The notes under the pieces: model-generated
Told to the model about the DNA's origin: nothing
Databases searched by the model: none
What the model saw: the letters and a program-made list of their open reading frames with translations, nothing else
Source of the DNA: Eutreptiella sp. 'Long Island Sound 2002'
Lineage: Eukaryota > Protista > Euglenida
DNA length: 64,000 nucleotides
NCBI GenBank assembly: GCA_964036045.1
Contig: OZ038378.1
Span: 174,344,001-174,408,000 of the forward strand
Reading direction: 5' to 3'
Program-made: the position numbers and the translations under genes
In this document: piece after piece, positions 23,959 through 34,221 of the stretch
Layout of the letters: every line of letters starts with the position of its first letter
Position numbering within the stretch: the first letter of the stretch is position 1

Positions 23959-24011
23959 GGCCTCTTGTTGTGTACTTGCACGTGGTGAGGCTGCCTAGTT
24001 GAGCCACAACA
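23959..24011 (+). ncRNA. Putative (possibly degenerate) HDV-like ribozyme at the 5' end of LINE A
   Basis: P1 GGCCTC/GAGGCT (23959-64/23987-92, with G1-U wobble), P2 TGTTGTG/CACAACA (23966-72/24005-11), P3 TAC/GTG around L3 TTGCAC, in HDV nested order. P4 and the catalytic C of J4/2 are not clearly assignable. Confidence 0.5.
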
Positions 24012-27000
24012 TCCTTGCATTTTCTTTTGACACATCCGCGTCTTCCCTCGCCTTCGCCCTCGCGCCCTGCGCACGATGGTTGACCAAGCAGGAGTAGCCA
24101 CCCAGCTCACTGCCCTCCTATAGCGCCCCGCGGTCCTTACGGCCATAGGCGCGGCGCTGGCTCCTTTTCTCGCGGGTGCACCACCCGCGACCATCGATGA
24201 AGGGGCGGCGCGCAGCCGCTCCCGTTCCAGGGGGCACAAGGGGGGCGGTGGATATGCCCAGCCCCCCCCCCCCACCCACTGCGGAGCAGGCGATGATCGC
24301 CTCGCTCCAGCGCCAGATTGCGTCCCTCGAGGGCGTGATCAACACCCTCCGCCGCGAGCTAGCGGAGTCGCGGGGCGAGCCAGCCCCCACGCGGCCCGGG
24401 GCAGCCGCAGCGGCCCCGGCCGCATCGACGACCGCAGCGGCAAAGGCCAAGGCCACGACGACCCCCGCGACAGCAGCAGCCAGCAAGGCGGCGGCCTCCA
24501 CATCCAAGGCGGCCACCACCTGGCAGCTAGCGGGGCAAAGCCACAGCCGGCGTTCCAAGAACGCCCAAGTCAAGCAAGCGGCAGCGCCGCCCCGGGGCTC
24601 CCCCCCCCCCCGCACCCCAGTCCCCGTGTGTGTGGACTGGTACCGGCTCGGGCCGGCGGAGCCTGGAACATCATAACGGGTGCCTCTGCCGGTCGGGGCA
24701 TCTTCCCGTCCACCCCTTCGCCTCCTCCCAGCCCTCCTGGGCGCAGGAGGACATCAAGACAGCCCGGGGCAACATCACCCTGTGGGGAGTGGGAGGCGTC
24801 ACGGAGGGTCCCACTCCCCCGCCCCCCCCAACAGGCCGGCCCCGGTCGCGCGACCTATGCCTTGGCGACGCGGTCCGCTACGCAGGGGTCCCGGCCGGGC
24901 GCGGTGCGGGTGGTGGCGGCCGCCGGCCGCACCAAGGCGGCGCTCCTGCCGATACAGCCCACGGCAGCGGCCCTCTGGGCCCTGCTCCCCTCGACGACGG
25001 CGGTGCAGCCGCTCCGCCTCTACCAAGGCGAGTCCTGGGACACGATCCAGGAATGGGGCATTGCCCAAATCACGCCGGGAAGACACCCGGCAGAGCGGAA
25101 ACAGCCCTCCCAAGAGGGGGCCCTACGATGCGTGGCCTTGGTGGGTTGCACGGTCCACGAGGCCCCCCTCGCGGCTGCGGCCGCCCTCACAGCGCACGAC
25201 AACGTCCAGCGAGTCACGGCGCTGGTGCACGTCCAGGGGGGCAGCAAGGCGGCCCCCACGGTGCTGCAGACTCTCCGCCGATCGAAGACCAGCCTGGCGG
25301 TACCAGGCACGGCCCTGCAGGGCGTGGTGCGGACCGAGCGCCAGCCCTGGGAGACGGCCGACCCGGAAGTGGTGGACCCCGCACCGCCGCGGGCAAGATC
25401 CGGGCCACGCACCGGGCGGAGGACAAAGACCGCCTCCACGAGTGGCGCTCCTGGCTGGAGGAGGCCTGGTCCTATGACCAGGGGGCGGTATACCGGTGGC
25501 TGAAGGATGAGTCCTACGCCCCGCCGGTCATCTTCCTCTCCACGCCGGATGGCACTGCCACGGCCAACCTGGCGGAGATGGATGGCCTCTTGCAGGACGC
25601 CTGGCGCCCAATAAATCGCAAATATGCGAAGGACCCCGAGCCGAACCCAGCGGCCTTCCTCCGCCGATATGGGCACCATGTACGGCGGGTCCCCATGATT
25701 GCCTCACGGCTAGACGGCCCCCGCCTACGCAAGGGGCTCTACCGCATGAAGCCCTCGGCGTTGGGGCTGGTTGGGTGGAGCCTAGCCGACCTCCGCTCCC
25801 TCCCTGACAGGCTGCGGGGCTGGCTAGCGGACCTCCTGCGAGAGGTAGAGCGCCTTGGCAAGTGGCCGGCCCGCCTGGCCGAGGGCTACACGGCCCTCAT
25901 CCCCAAGGAGGGCCCGCCGGGGCCCCTGAACACCCGCCCGCTCACGGTCCTGTCCATGGTCTACCGGCTGTGGGCAGGAGTGCGCCTGGTGGACGCCATG
26001 GCGTGGCAGGAGTCCTAGGTCCACCCGGCGGCCTTTGGTTTTCGCCCCGCTAGGAGCGCCCTGGACGGGGCGGCGGTGACGCAGTTCCTGCTGGAGTTGT
26101 GTCGCCTCTGAGGATGGGCCGTCGTGGGGACGAGCATCGACTACGTCAAGTGTTTCGATCTCATCCCCCAGGCGGTCGTGTTGGCCTTGGCGTTGGAGTT
26201 GGGCATGGACCCGGGCACGAGCCGTGCCCTCGGGGCCATGTACAAGCAGCTCCGCCGGGCCTTCAAGATTGCCGGGGCCCTTGGCCTGTGGTGGCAGGCC
26301 ACCAACAGCATCCTCCAGGGGTGCCCCCTGTTGGTGATCCTGGTGAATGTGCTCACCACGATGTGGAAATGGGAGGTGGACTCCCTACGCCGGCAGGTGT
26401 GCGCGCGGACGGCCGCCCTCCACCCCGTTCTGGGCGAGGACGCGGCGGACGACCTGGAGCCGGGAGCCCCGCCCCCCCTCAAGGATGCCGGCCCCGGCTA
26501 CGCGGCGCTTGGGCTGTCGGGCTATGCGGATGGCCCTGGGCGCGGCCTCCCTCCAAGGGAGGGTCCCCGCGACGGAGGAGTGGCTACAGGTCACGGGACA
26601 CAACGTCCGCGTGGACAAGCCCTGATCCTGGGTCCAGGGGGAACGGGGCGCCCCGGTGGTCCTGCTCCGGGGAGTCCCGGTCCCGCTGGCGGCAACTTTC
26701 CGCCAGCTCGGCGTCGACATTGCCATTGGGGCCTTCAAGATCACGAGGCCGGTTCTGTCCCGGCGCCTCGAAGCAGGGCAGAGTGCCCTTAGCCGCCTCC
26801 CCCACCTCTCAACCTATGACCGGCGGGAGCGGGCCATCAGCACGCTAGTCACCCCGCTGGCGCTGCATGGGGTGGCGGTAGCGTCGGTGACGGAGCCCGA
26901 CCTGCGGGGGCTGGAAACTGTGGTCGTGCGGGCCCTGTGGGGAGCCACGCGCCTGTCCCGGGCCAAGGAGGTCATCTTTACCGTCCTTTCCAAGGGGCAC

Positions 27001-29550
27001 CGCGTCTCCCTGGTCATGCACACTCGGTACGAGCGGCTCCTCTGGCTGGCCCGCGTGGCCCGGCGGCCGAGGGTCACCCAGGTCTTCGCCCAGGCTATCT
27101 GGGAATCGGGGGGCCGCCCTTCCGGAACGGGCCCGGTGGGGCGCGCGCTCCGCACAGCGGCCACCCTGACTGGAGCCCGCGCGAGGGTTTATTGGTGTTG
27201 GGACGTCCCGGGGCAAGAGCACCCCCTGCACTTCGTGCAAGAGCCCCTCCGCCAACTCCAACACCGGGGCCGAGACAGCCTTCGTTGCCACTCCTCGCGC
27301 CAGCTTGAGGCGCGGCGCCCGGTCACCTTGGGGGGACAGGGCGACGGGGCGGACGGCCCGGCCTGCCGCGCGGCGCTGCGGGCGGCCTCCACCGAGTTGG
27401 AGAAGTCGCTGCTGCGCGGCCTTATGGCCCGGGCCATGTGGGCGGCGGCCAGGGTGTCGGGCCACGGCACGCGGACCAATTCCGCGTGCCCCCACTGCGG
27501 CGCGGCGCACGAGGACGAAGTCCACAGCCTGTGGAACTGCCCGGAGTGGAACAATGCCAGGGGGACATGGCGCCCTTGGCTTAGCAACGCAGCACAGGCA
27601 ATCCCCCACCTGGGACCACCGGACCAGTGGGCATCCTGCCTACGGAAAGCAGGCCTCTTCCCCCTCCGACTGGCGCAGGGGGTGGACCGGGGACTCCGCG
27701 ACGAGTTCATGTACTGCCTTTACGGCATGTACCCGGCGGTCCTCGCTACCTGCATGGCAGCCAGCCAGGGAGACCAGCCGGGCCACGGGGACTCTCTCTT
27801 CCCGAACCGGCCGCGTCCGCGGCCCCGCAACCCCTATCCTTGGGACGACTTCGTCAGCCCCCTGCCGGGGGACACAATCCGCCACCAGCCGCGGCTCCGG
27901 CCGGGGACTCCGCCGGACTGGCGGTGGCCCCAGGACTTCATCCACGACTTGGTCCGGTGGCCCTGGGCGCTTGCTTGGGTGCCAGGGCTGGCGGAGGTGT
28001 CCTGGGCTAAGCTGGCCCTGGATTATGAGGCGTTTGTCAGGCGGGCGCTCCCCGCCTCCCCGGACCAACGGTTGCGGGCTACGTGCCCGCTGCTGCGGGA
28101 ACGAGCCCAAATTCTGCGCAAGGCAGTCGGCTTGGCGGAACGCCACCTAGCGGCGGGCGCGCTGGTGAGCGGGGCCCTGCTAGGGCGCTTCCGCTCGCTC
28201 CTCCCCCTAGGGGGCCGCGTGTGCGCGGGACTTTCGGCCCGCCTGTTCTTCGCGGCACGCCGCGAGGTGATAATGCAGCTCATGCGCCTAGCGACGCACT
28301 ACCGGGACTCGTGGGTCTGGCTCTTACGAGCGCCTGCCCGCATGCGGCCACCACTAGGCGACCGCTTCTTAATGGACTATTTCCAACGTCCCCTCGAGGG
28401 GGGGGAGGCTCTGCTCCCGTATGCCCGGAGGCCCCGGCGGGCGCCGCCCCAAAGCGTCCCGCTCACAGCCCCGCAGCGCAGCCGCCCGCTAGGGGCGGGC
28501 GGCGGCACACAGGGCGCGCTGTGCTTGGAGCATGGGGCGCCGTCTTGCGCCAGGTGCAAAAGCACGGGCTGGGGCATCAGCCGCTGCTGCCGGGCAGGCC
28601 ACGACGGCCACACCGGCCCCTCGGCGGGCCCACGTTGTCCAAGAGTTCCGCCCCGGGTCGCGCCAGGATGCCAGGTACTCGTCCCTGAGGACCGACGCAC
28701 AGGAGTGGCCGCCTTGTCCTCCTGGCTGGGGCGGGCCCGCCCGGCTTCCCAGGCCCTCCCGAGCCCAGGCCCCCCGGCGGCACGCCGGTGCACGGCGCCG
28801 CCCAGGACGCTGGGCACTCGCCACTCTTCGACATTGAGGCCACACGACCCCAGGCCCACAAAGCGCCACGCGCCTAAACTCCTCCTGGCTAACCGGGAGG
28901 GCTCAAGAAATGTGGAGCCACCGCGAACGGGCGAGGGGGTTGCTGATCCTTTCTCCCCCCCACTTGCAGGGAGGGACGACGGCCCCGGGCCGGTTGCCGC
29001 GGCCGCCTCCGCCTCCACCGGATCCACGGGGGCACTGCCCGCACCGCGGGACCCACCCCCACCACCCCCCCCAGCAGAGCCCCCCCCCCCCCCCCCCACC
29101 GCCGGCGGCAGAGCCACTGGCGTCGCTCCCTGACGTTTTCAGCCGCATCTCGGCGGCCTTGAGTAGCCGCGCGTTGCCGCGGCGACGATCCCCTCCGCGG
29201 GGTCGGTGGCGGCTTCAACCGAAGGCCACCGGGTCAGTGGCGGACATGCTCCGCGCATGCCCCCCCCCCTCCCCACACGCAGCGGCCAACGCCGCCGGGG
29301 GGAGCTCCTCTGACCCAATGGCGGACGCGCCCTCAGCGCCTCCCCCATCCCAGTCCACACTGCCGCCGCGGCGGCAGCACGGCAGGGCCAGCACGGAAGA
29401 GACCTAGTCCCCTCTGGCTCGTCCCTCCTGGCCGCCGTGCGGGCACTGGCGGGGGGCTTGTAGGGGAGGCCATGGGCGCCTGAACTCGATTTGGCCCACC
29501 TCCCCGCCCCTCTGCCTCTGTACATGGGCCAGCAGTCGTTAAAAGACGAT
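23959..29550 (+). mobile_element. LINE A: non-LTR retrotransposon with coiled-coil ORF1, decayed RT, CCHC knuckle and long C-terminal extension
   Basis: ORF1 IASLQRQIASLEGVINTLRREL. RT motifs PLNTRPLTVLSMVYRLW, IDYVKCFDLIPQ, LQGCP, GYAD, FRQLGVDI. Knuckle CPHCGAAHEDEVHSLWNC. Stops at 26016 and 26109 plus frameshifts. ~21-bp TSD gccgtat(g/t)tacgtgttttt(c/g)a at 23938-23958 and 29551-29571. Confidence 0.92.
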
Positions 29551-31755
29551 GCCGTATTTACGTGTTTTTGACCCTATTTGGGCACTGGGCGCCCGGGGGG
29601 GGGGGGGGGGCAAACGGGATTGGTACACAACTTGCTTATGCAGTTCTTCAGCCTATACAACTCGAAAATCGAAGTTTTCGAAGCTTTTTTTTTGACATTG
29701 TGATCACCTAAAATGACCATCCAAGATTCGTAAAGCATGTTTTAGCCCGTATTTATGTAGTTTTTGCCCTATTTTGTGTGTGCATTGTTTGGGGTAGATT
29801 CTCTGCGAGGTGTACTTGCCGAAGGCAATAGAATTTTTTTTCAAAAAAATTTGGCAAATGATGACTTTTCTGAACCTACTGGACACACTAATTGCAAAAG
29901 TCCATTTTCATTTTTTGCCAATTTTGGGTGTGGATCACCTCCAAGGCCTGGGGGTCAGTCTCGGTAGGATTTTAGGGGTCCCGTCAATTGAGCCATTTTT
30001 CAGGTAGGAGGGGGAGTCTAGCCAGGGGGCTCTATCGACACACCCTCCCAATTGAAAGCCCGTCCGCCCCTGTCCCACTTTCAATTGTTGGGCGACATGT
30101 GTCTATATTGGATTTTTTGACCTAGCTTAGCACAATGGGATTTGGGCACTTTTTTTCATTTCTCAAGAAAGCAAGCAAAGATTCCAGGAAAGGTTAGTAT
30201 TGGCGCATCACCCCCCCCCCACTCACCACTTCTTCCAATCATGCATGAATGACTTCTGCTTGAGAAATAACCGCGCACAGGGTGTTAGATTAAAGCCAGG
30301 TAGGCGCATACCGGGGAAAACGCCACATAGCCCCCCATTTTGGGCCTTTTTGGGCCTATTCGCGTACCCTACCCCAAGGGGTTGAATGGTTAGTTCAACC
30401 CCTTGTAAAATCATTATTTTGTCCAAGAAACGCACCCCCCAATGAGTTTTTGGTCCGGACCCTCCAGACCCCCCCCACTTGAAACCCATTTTTTGAGGTT
30501 TTGAGGGAGGTGGGTGGGGGTTCAAAAATGTCGAAAAAATGACCCCCCCTTTTTTTGGGTCGAAAATCAGGAATCTTTTGATTATTTTTTTTTGCTTTCC
30601 GATTTTTAGCCGAAAAAGTGTTTCCAGGTCCCGACTCCATGGGGTTTGTATGGGGTGGAGTGGGACGAGCGCTTATGCGGTTTATGCATTTTTTAGCCAT
30701 TTATGCTATGTTGGCAGTTTTGGCAACCTCGGTGACCCCATGGTACCCACTCTAAGGGGTGTGAGTGGGGATGTTGTGACAGCATATGCCTTTTAGGATA
30801 CGAAAGGACGTTTTTTGCAGTCTCTAGCCTTGCTGAGGGCCGGTCACAACCCGTGCCAAAGACGCAAAATGACTGTTTCCGCCGGTAATGGCTCATATGA
30901 GTGAATGGGCCACTGCACACCTTGGTTATGCAGTTTTTCACCCTGGTCAGCTCAAAAATCGAGCATTCCAAAACGTATTTTTTTCATATTGTGACCACAA
31001 AACATGACCATCCAAGGTATGTAAAGCATGGTTCAGACTGTATTCATGTGTTTTTCACCTTATTTGGGTATTGGGTGCATTGGGGGAGGTCTCCCAAGAG
31101 ATTGGTACACAACCTGCTTTTGCAATTTTTAACCCTGGGCAGCTCAAAAATCAAACTTTTCGAAAATTATTCTTCTGAACCCGTGACCACCTAAATGACC
31201 ATTCAAGGTATGTAAGGCATGTCTTAGGCCGTATTTACGTGTTTTTCACCTTTGGGCACGGGGCCATGAGGCAACGGATACTGGGCTCGCATACACCCCC
31301 GTGTCACAGGCGCATGGTCATCACCACATAGTTCAGTGTTTTTCCTTGCTGCACTGCAGCGCAGACCAGTTATGTACCACTCCAGGTGGCTGCTGATTGT
31401 GCTTTGGCCTCGGCCATATGTACATTGGGGTCAGCTCGCACCCACCACCCTCCTACAGTGCCGGTTAGTCTCTAACCCTTGCTCTGCGGGTCTGCCGCGA
31501 CCTCTTGCTTTCTGGCACGTAAAGACGTGTCATGTCCGAACTCTGGGGGCGCAAAGGCGTCCCGATGTTTCACCATCAAACTATTCAGCTCAATGCTTCA
31601 ATAGGTGCCTTGCTGTACTGCAGCGCTGACCTGTTCAATACCACTCCAGGCGGTTTGCGTTTGTGCGTTGGCTGCCTACATATCCAGGTCAGCTCGCACC
31701 CACCACCCTCCCACAGTGCCGGTTAGTCCCTAACTCTCGCTCTGCGGGTCCCCCC

Positions 31756-31869
<114 letters not shown>

Positions 31870-31940
31870 CCCTCCTCCCACTGTGACCCACACTCTCTCT
31901 CTTGCATAAAGGGGTTTTCGGGTTGTTCGGTGGGTCTCTA

Positions 31941-32010
31941 TCCCCCCCGGGGTTCGAACCCTCCTCCACGGGACAGAAGAGGTGTGTTATACCCACTGAG
32001 CTACGAAGAG
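31941..32010 (-). pseudogene. tRNA-derived sequence (pseudo-tRNA / SINE head)
   Basis: Minus strand CTCTTCG TAGCTCAGTGG GTATAACACACCTCTTCTGTCCCGTGGAGGA GGGTTCGAACCC CGGGGGG: A-box and B-box, G-U-rich acceptor stem. D and anticodon stems are broken, so identity (Asp GTC or Arg TCT register) is unresolved. Confidence 0.7.
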
Positions 32011-32793
32011 TTGTTGCCAGCACTGTTGTTCTGACCTTTCCTGCTCTCCCCCTGCATGTTGTCCCCTGTCAGGCATATTGCCGTTCGCACAGCAGTGTGC
32101 ACAGCGTCTCCGGATACCGGGTCCGCTTGCCTGAAGAGCGTTCTCTGGAACAGCCTTAAGAGGTTAGCTCGGCCCGTCAACCACACATGCATGCAGTCTC
32201 CATTTCTGCTCACACAGGAGGGCACCGCTCTGTGTCCCTCTGCCGTCGGACAGTGGAGGATCGCCTCCCACTAGAACGGGTGCCACTTGCCTGCACTTTT
32301 GGGTCGCCACTGGACCTGCATGTTCGTCAGAGCCTGAGTCTTCAGGGTCGAGTTGATTTGGACCATCACCGAGTAGAGTTCTTGGTTGCTCATGAGCAAT
32401 GGCTCTCCATGATTGTCCATAATTTCACAGTGCATCCTGGTGCTGTGTGGTTGGTCCAGTCGGAGCCAGATCTGCTGATTGCGGGCCCAGGCCATAGTGG
32501 TCAGCTCGGCATTGACTGCCCTCAACCCTTCGTTCGCAATGGCGTCCAGCTGGCTTAGTGCTTGCACCTTGAAACGCTGGCGTTCTTGCTTGGGCTTGAC
32601 CTTCTTCGGGGCTGGCTGAATTTGTGTGTAGGGGCCATGTCGATGTTGATGTGGTCCCTGCTTCTTCCATGGCCTTCCCGGCAGCATCACGCCAAGGAGC
32701 TCTTCCGCGACAGGACGCGGGGTTTGTGCCTGAGTTCAGCCGTTGCCGTTGCCACACCTTTGTGGTACGTCGCAACAGGACGCGGGTCTCGTG

Positions 32794-33762
32794 TCAAAAT
32801 GCTCCTATGTCAAAACGCAGGTTTCGGGCATGCAGGCATTTGTGGGCTTGAAACCCGTGGAAATTCCGCATCGGAATGCAGGGGTCACGGGCTCTGCTGC
32901 TAACAACCTTGTCCAGGGTTCCTGCTTTTCCTGAGCTTTCGCCTCTTTCGCTGTCGCCTGGTGTCACTCCCCTCAACCCTACCGTGGACTCCGACCCGGA
33001 TGATGATTGTTGTGTGACTTGTTGGGACCACAGCGGGCTCGAGCACATGCCTTCCGTCGCCAATCCATTCGCCACCTCATTCCCCTGCACGTTGACATGT
33101 GCTGGGACGTGCTCCCACCTGACTTCTCTTCCCGGCTTTGCCATTTCCTGGAGCAGCATTTCCCACACGGGCACGTGGACCTGCAGCTTGCCGGATGTGG
33201 TTATCCATCCCTTTGACCTCCAGTGCTGTGCCCTGCCGGTCGCTCCTAGTTGCAGGTACTGTGAGTCGGTGAGGATTGCCAATTTTGGCACCCAGAACCC
33301 CTGTAGGGCTTCCCGCGCTGCCCAAAGCTCCGCACCGTTGTTTGTTTGCTTGTGGCGTGTCGGTACATAGCCGCAGAAACGCACTTCAGGCCCTTGCTCA
33401 TCTTCCGCTGCGACTACGCCAAAGCCACTTGCCCTGCGCATGTCCTTGTGGCTCAGTCTTTTTGATGACCCGTCTGTGTATACAATCCTGTCCCCTTTCG
33501 CTACCAGCTCCGCAATCAGGTCTTGTACTCCTTGAAGCACTCCCGGGCCTGCCTGCCTCGGGCGCTTTGGGCGTGATTCTGCTTCCCTGTGCCAATTGTG
33601 TGTGCCGGCGTTGCGTTCTTGCGTGAAGCACTCCGTGTGCGTTTGCCACCACGCACTCAATCCCCCATTTACATGCACTTCCCCTTGTCGTGGCTGTACT
33701 CCCGTATCACAAAGCTGCACCAGCGATTGCTTGAAGCCTCTCCATTGTTCCCTGCGTTCTTT
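32794..33762 (-). CDS. Ribonuclease HI domain (retroelement-borne, N-terminally truncated by the insertion boundary)
   Basis: D-E-D catalytic residues are present (YTDG, AEL, TDS), with the conserved His (HVPAH); the fourth Asp is replaced by Asn (EVANGLA). The listed ORF start at 33840 lies in the host repeat and is not part of the element. Confidence 0.85.
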   Translation of the reverse strand, partial: KERREQWRGFKQSLVQLCDTGVQPRQGEVHVNGGLSAWWQTHTECFTQERNAGTHNWHREAESRPKRPRQAGPGVLQGVQDLIAELVAKGDRIVYTDGSSKRLSHKDMRRASGFGVVAAEDEQGPEVRFCGYVPTRHKQTNNGAELWAAREALQGFWVPKLAILTDSQYLQLGATGRAQHWRSKGWITTSGKLQVHVPVWEMLLQEMAKPGREVRWEHVPAHVNVQGNEVANGLATEGMCSSPLWSQQVTQQSSSGSESTVGLRGVTPGDSERGESSGKAGTLDKVVSSRARDPCIPMRNFHGFQAHKCLHARNLRFDIGAF

Positions 33763-34221
33763 CTTTGGGCACGGGGGGGGGGGGGCTGCGGGGGGGTCTC
33801 CCAAGGGATTGCTACACAACCTGCTTATGTAGTTTTTCAACCTAGGCAGCTCAAAAATCGAAGTTTTCGAAACTTATTCCTCTGTCCCCTTGATCACCTA
33901 AAATGACCATCCAAGGTATGTAAGGCATGTTTCAGGCCGAATTTACGTGGTTTTCACCCTTGGACACGGGGGGGGGGGGGGGGCTCCGGGGGGGTCTCCC
34001 AAGGGATTGGTACACAACCCGCTCATGTGGTTTTTCACCCTAGATAGCTCAAAAATGGAACTTTTCGAAACTTGCTTTTTTTGATGTTGTGATCACCTAA
34101 TATGACCATCCAAGGTATGTAAAGCATGTTTTAGGCCATATTAACGTGTTTTTCACCCTATTTGGGTACTGGGCGCCGGGGGGGGGGGGGGGGGGCAAAC
34201 GGGATTGGTACACAACTTGCT

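Larger units (their letters stand above)
23030..29833 (+). mobile_element. Copy 2 of the tandem-repeat-carrying element (5'-truncated), interrupted by LINE A
   Basis: Body 23030-23420; ~195-bp units (gctcaaaaatc at 23461, 23656, 23851); the last unit and terminal block resume at 29551-29833. Confidence 0.85.

Noticed and set aside
31941-32010. Functional tRNA gene
   Set aside because: D and anticodon stems do not pair, and no oligo-T terminator follows directly.
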